Source of the DNA: an uncultured Methanosarcinales archaeon
GTDB lineage: Archaea; Nanobdellota; Nanobdellia; Woesearchaeales; UBA12501
Direction of reading: 5' to 3'
Length of the DNA: 64,000 nucleotides
Assembly: GCA_964343705.1 (NCBI GenBank)
Contig: CAYFJX010000008.1
Location: 447 to 64,446, forward strand
Shown here: positions 62,796 to 64,000 of the stretch, in pieces
How positions within the stretch are numbered: the first letter of the stretch is position 1
Layout: each line of letters starts with the position of its first letter
Notes under the pieces: model-generated
The model's input: the letters and a program-made list of their open reading frames with translations, nothing else
Databases searched by the model: none
Told to the model about the DNA's origin: nothing
Position numbers and translations under genes: made by a program

Positions 62796-63104
62796 ATGGA
62801 AGGAAAAAAAACAAGAAACCCCCTTATCAGGTTTTTAATTCCTCTAATAGTCTCATTTATTATTATTCTCAGTTGGTTTGACTTACCCATCTTCTTTAAG
62901 ATTTTGGTGGTTATATACGCACTTTTCCGAGTCGGTTTACTTGCTCTTGAGATGTTTATTTGTCCTGTGTGTTGGCTGCACGTCATTGTTGCTGGCTTCC
63001 TGGTGGCATTTGCGTTTGCTAAGCTCCCTGGATACTATTACATTGGAGCACTACTGTTTGTGTGGTTTCCATCAATTATGTCAGCAGGTCATGGGAAGAG
63101 ATAA
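62796..63104 (+). CDS. small membrane protein (3-4 TM helices)
   Basis: 102 aa, hydrophobic; no recognised family. Confidence 0.45.
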   Translation: MEGKKTRNPLIRFLIPLIVSFIIILSWFDLPIFFKILVVIYALFRVGLLALEMFICPVCWLHVIVAGFLVAFAFAKLPGYYYIGALLFVWFPSIMSAGHGKR

Positions 63105-63196
63105 AAGACAGCTTATTTAGAATGGGATGTCAACAATTAGCCAGAAGGACAAAAACTTTTATAAAGAGGCCCTGTTACCTGTGCTGTTATCCTTAT

Positions 63197-63280
63197 GCCG
63201 TCATCGCATAACCTGGTATTGCGCGGGATTGCTAATCCCGTTTCCTCACGGATATCTGGGTTCAAATCCCAGTGACGGCG
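63197..63280 (+). tRNA. tRNA-Ser(GCU) with long variable arm
   Basis: Acceptor GCCGTCA/TGACGGC; anticodon arm CGGGA-TTGCTAA-TCCCG; about 15-nt variable arm; T-arm CTGGG-TTCAAAT-CCCAG. TTTTATAAA box about 30 nt upstream. Confidence 0.75.
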
Positions 63281-63365
63281 TGGTCTGGAGCTGAGCAGCG
63301 CGAGGCTCTATAATTTCGCCTGATTGAGATTTGGGCACAGGCTCAAAAATCTTTGATTTTTGTTG

Positions 63366-63392
63366 TCTGGGTTCAAATCCCAGTGACGGCGT
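63366..63392 (+). repeat. 27-nt exact duplicate of the tRNA-Ser T-arm plus 3' acceptor strand (orphan 3' half)
   Basis: TCTGGGTTCAAATCCCAGTGACGGCGT occurs at 63255-63281 and again at 63366-63392. This is confirmed by the duplicated TPSLGFEPR in the artefactual antisense ORF. Confidence 0.9.
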
Positions 63393-63470
63393 ATTTTTCT
63401 TCCTTATCCTTCCAAAGGGAAGAATCAAAAAACTAGAAAAGAGATTTTGGAAACCCTTATCATGATTAGT

Positions 63471-63989
63471 TTAAAATGTTAAAGTGGCAGTAATGATCGT
63501 CTTTGAAGGATTTATTTCAATTTGGATACTAATGTACTCTTCATCTTCATAATCCCCAACTAATGCAAGTGTTGTAGCTACATTCTCTTTACCCAAACCA
63601 TGAATTAGCAGTTTACCGGTACCATATTTCCTCAATTTCCCTAGTTTAAACATGATTTCACCACTCATTGAATCATAAGATTTGTAACGAGTAACAAAGA
63701 CTGTATACGGCAAGGATACAACGATCTTTTTCACCTTTCTTTGATACGTCCTGATATCAAAAGGATCCTCATCATTTAACATACTGTAATATAAGTCTTT
63801 AAAATGATTATCAAAATATTTTTCACCAACCATATTACATAAATTGTTTCCAAAAGAAGGATATTGCCTGGCTATGTCCCTCTTCAATTCCTTTATTTCT
63901 CCCCCATTTTTGAAAGAATTACGCACAACAAGAGATGCTTCCAAAGCTTTGTACATTTCAGGTCTCAGTTTATCTTTATAAAATTCCAA
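63471..63989 (-). CDS. hypothetical cytoplasmic protein (172 aa)
   Basis: Clean ORF with typical composition; no confident family. The LLIHGLGKEN segment is vaguely Smr-like. Confidence 0.45.
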   Translation of the reverse strand: MEFYKDKLRPEMYKALEASLVVRNSFKNGGEIKELKRDIARQYPSFGNNLCNMVGEKYFDNHFKDLYYSMLNDEDPFDIRTYQRKVKKIVVSLPYTVFVTRYKSYDSMSGEIMFKLGKLRKYGTGKLLIHGLGKENVATTLALVGDYEDEEYISIQIEINPSKTIITATLTF

Positions 63990-64000
63990 AAGTTTTTGAT

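Noticed and set aside
63246-63428. 60-aa minus-strand ORF with duplicated TPSLGFEPR
   Set aside because: This is an artefact of reading through tRNA-Ser and its duplicated 3' half. It is useful only as confirmation of the 27-nt repeat.

Overview
About 38% GC, gene-dense, with archaeal hallmarks: a full A1Ao ATP synthase operon, BRE/TATA-like AAACTTTWTAAA boxes about 25-45 nt upstream of starts, tRNAs with bulge-helix-bulge type introns, an initiator tRNA starting AGCGGGG, and LAGLIDADG elements. The content looks like a small-genome, DPANN-like archaeon; this is inference only, since there is no rRNA in the window. Three zones. (1) 0-17.6 kb is housekeeping and bioenergetics: a K+-dependent-type membrane pyrophosphatase, then atpH-I-K-E-C-F-A-B-[beta-carbonic anhydrase]-D, a DHH phosphoesterase and a DMT transporter. 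(2) 17.6-32.5 kb is an accessory/mobile patch. It holds two MNT-HEPN pairs, hairpin-dense non-coding DNA, and a 5.7-kb cassette (AlbA_2/AAA_4 regulator, TrmB, ACAD-like/PLP-enzyme/AsnB-like trio) bracketed by perfect 183-bp direct repeats. It also holds a RelE toxin, a SPASM fragment, an IS5-like element nested in another transposase remnant, a LAGLIDADG ORF beside an intron-bearing tRNA-Gly, and a PIG-L/GT4/methyltransferase glyco-cluster. (3) 32.5-62.6 kb is dominated by secreted proteins: two tiny poly-acidic anchored proteins and eight giant (365-1171 aa) cysteine-rich modular surface proteins. Seven of the giants lie in one 19-kb head-to-tail array with dockerin-like tails, eight copies of a beta-sandwich module and one cupredoxin domain. 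This zone is interrupted by smc (545-aa intein inside the Walker A loop), rnhB, an HPF-like gene, a two-intron tRNAi-Met and a second LAGLIDADG ORF. The most unusual items are the modular surface-protein array with a shared N-terminal TM + TG-x-(A/V) motif, and a roughly 110-nt element with covarying hairpins inserted at two gene boundaries with 13-17 bp target duplications. Other notable items are the repeat-bracketed cassette, the carbonic anhydrase inside the ATPase operon, and a duplicated tRNA-Ser 3' half. CDS coordinates follow the supplied ORF track, with starts re-picked where stated. Coordinates of non-ORF features were read by eye and may be off by 1-2 nt.
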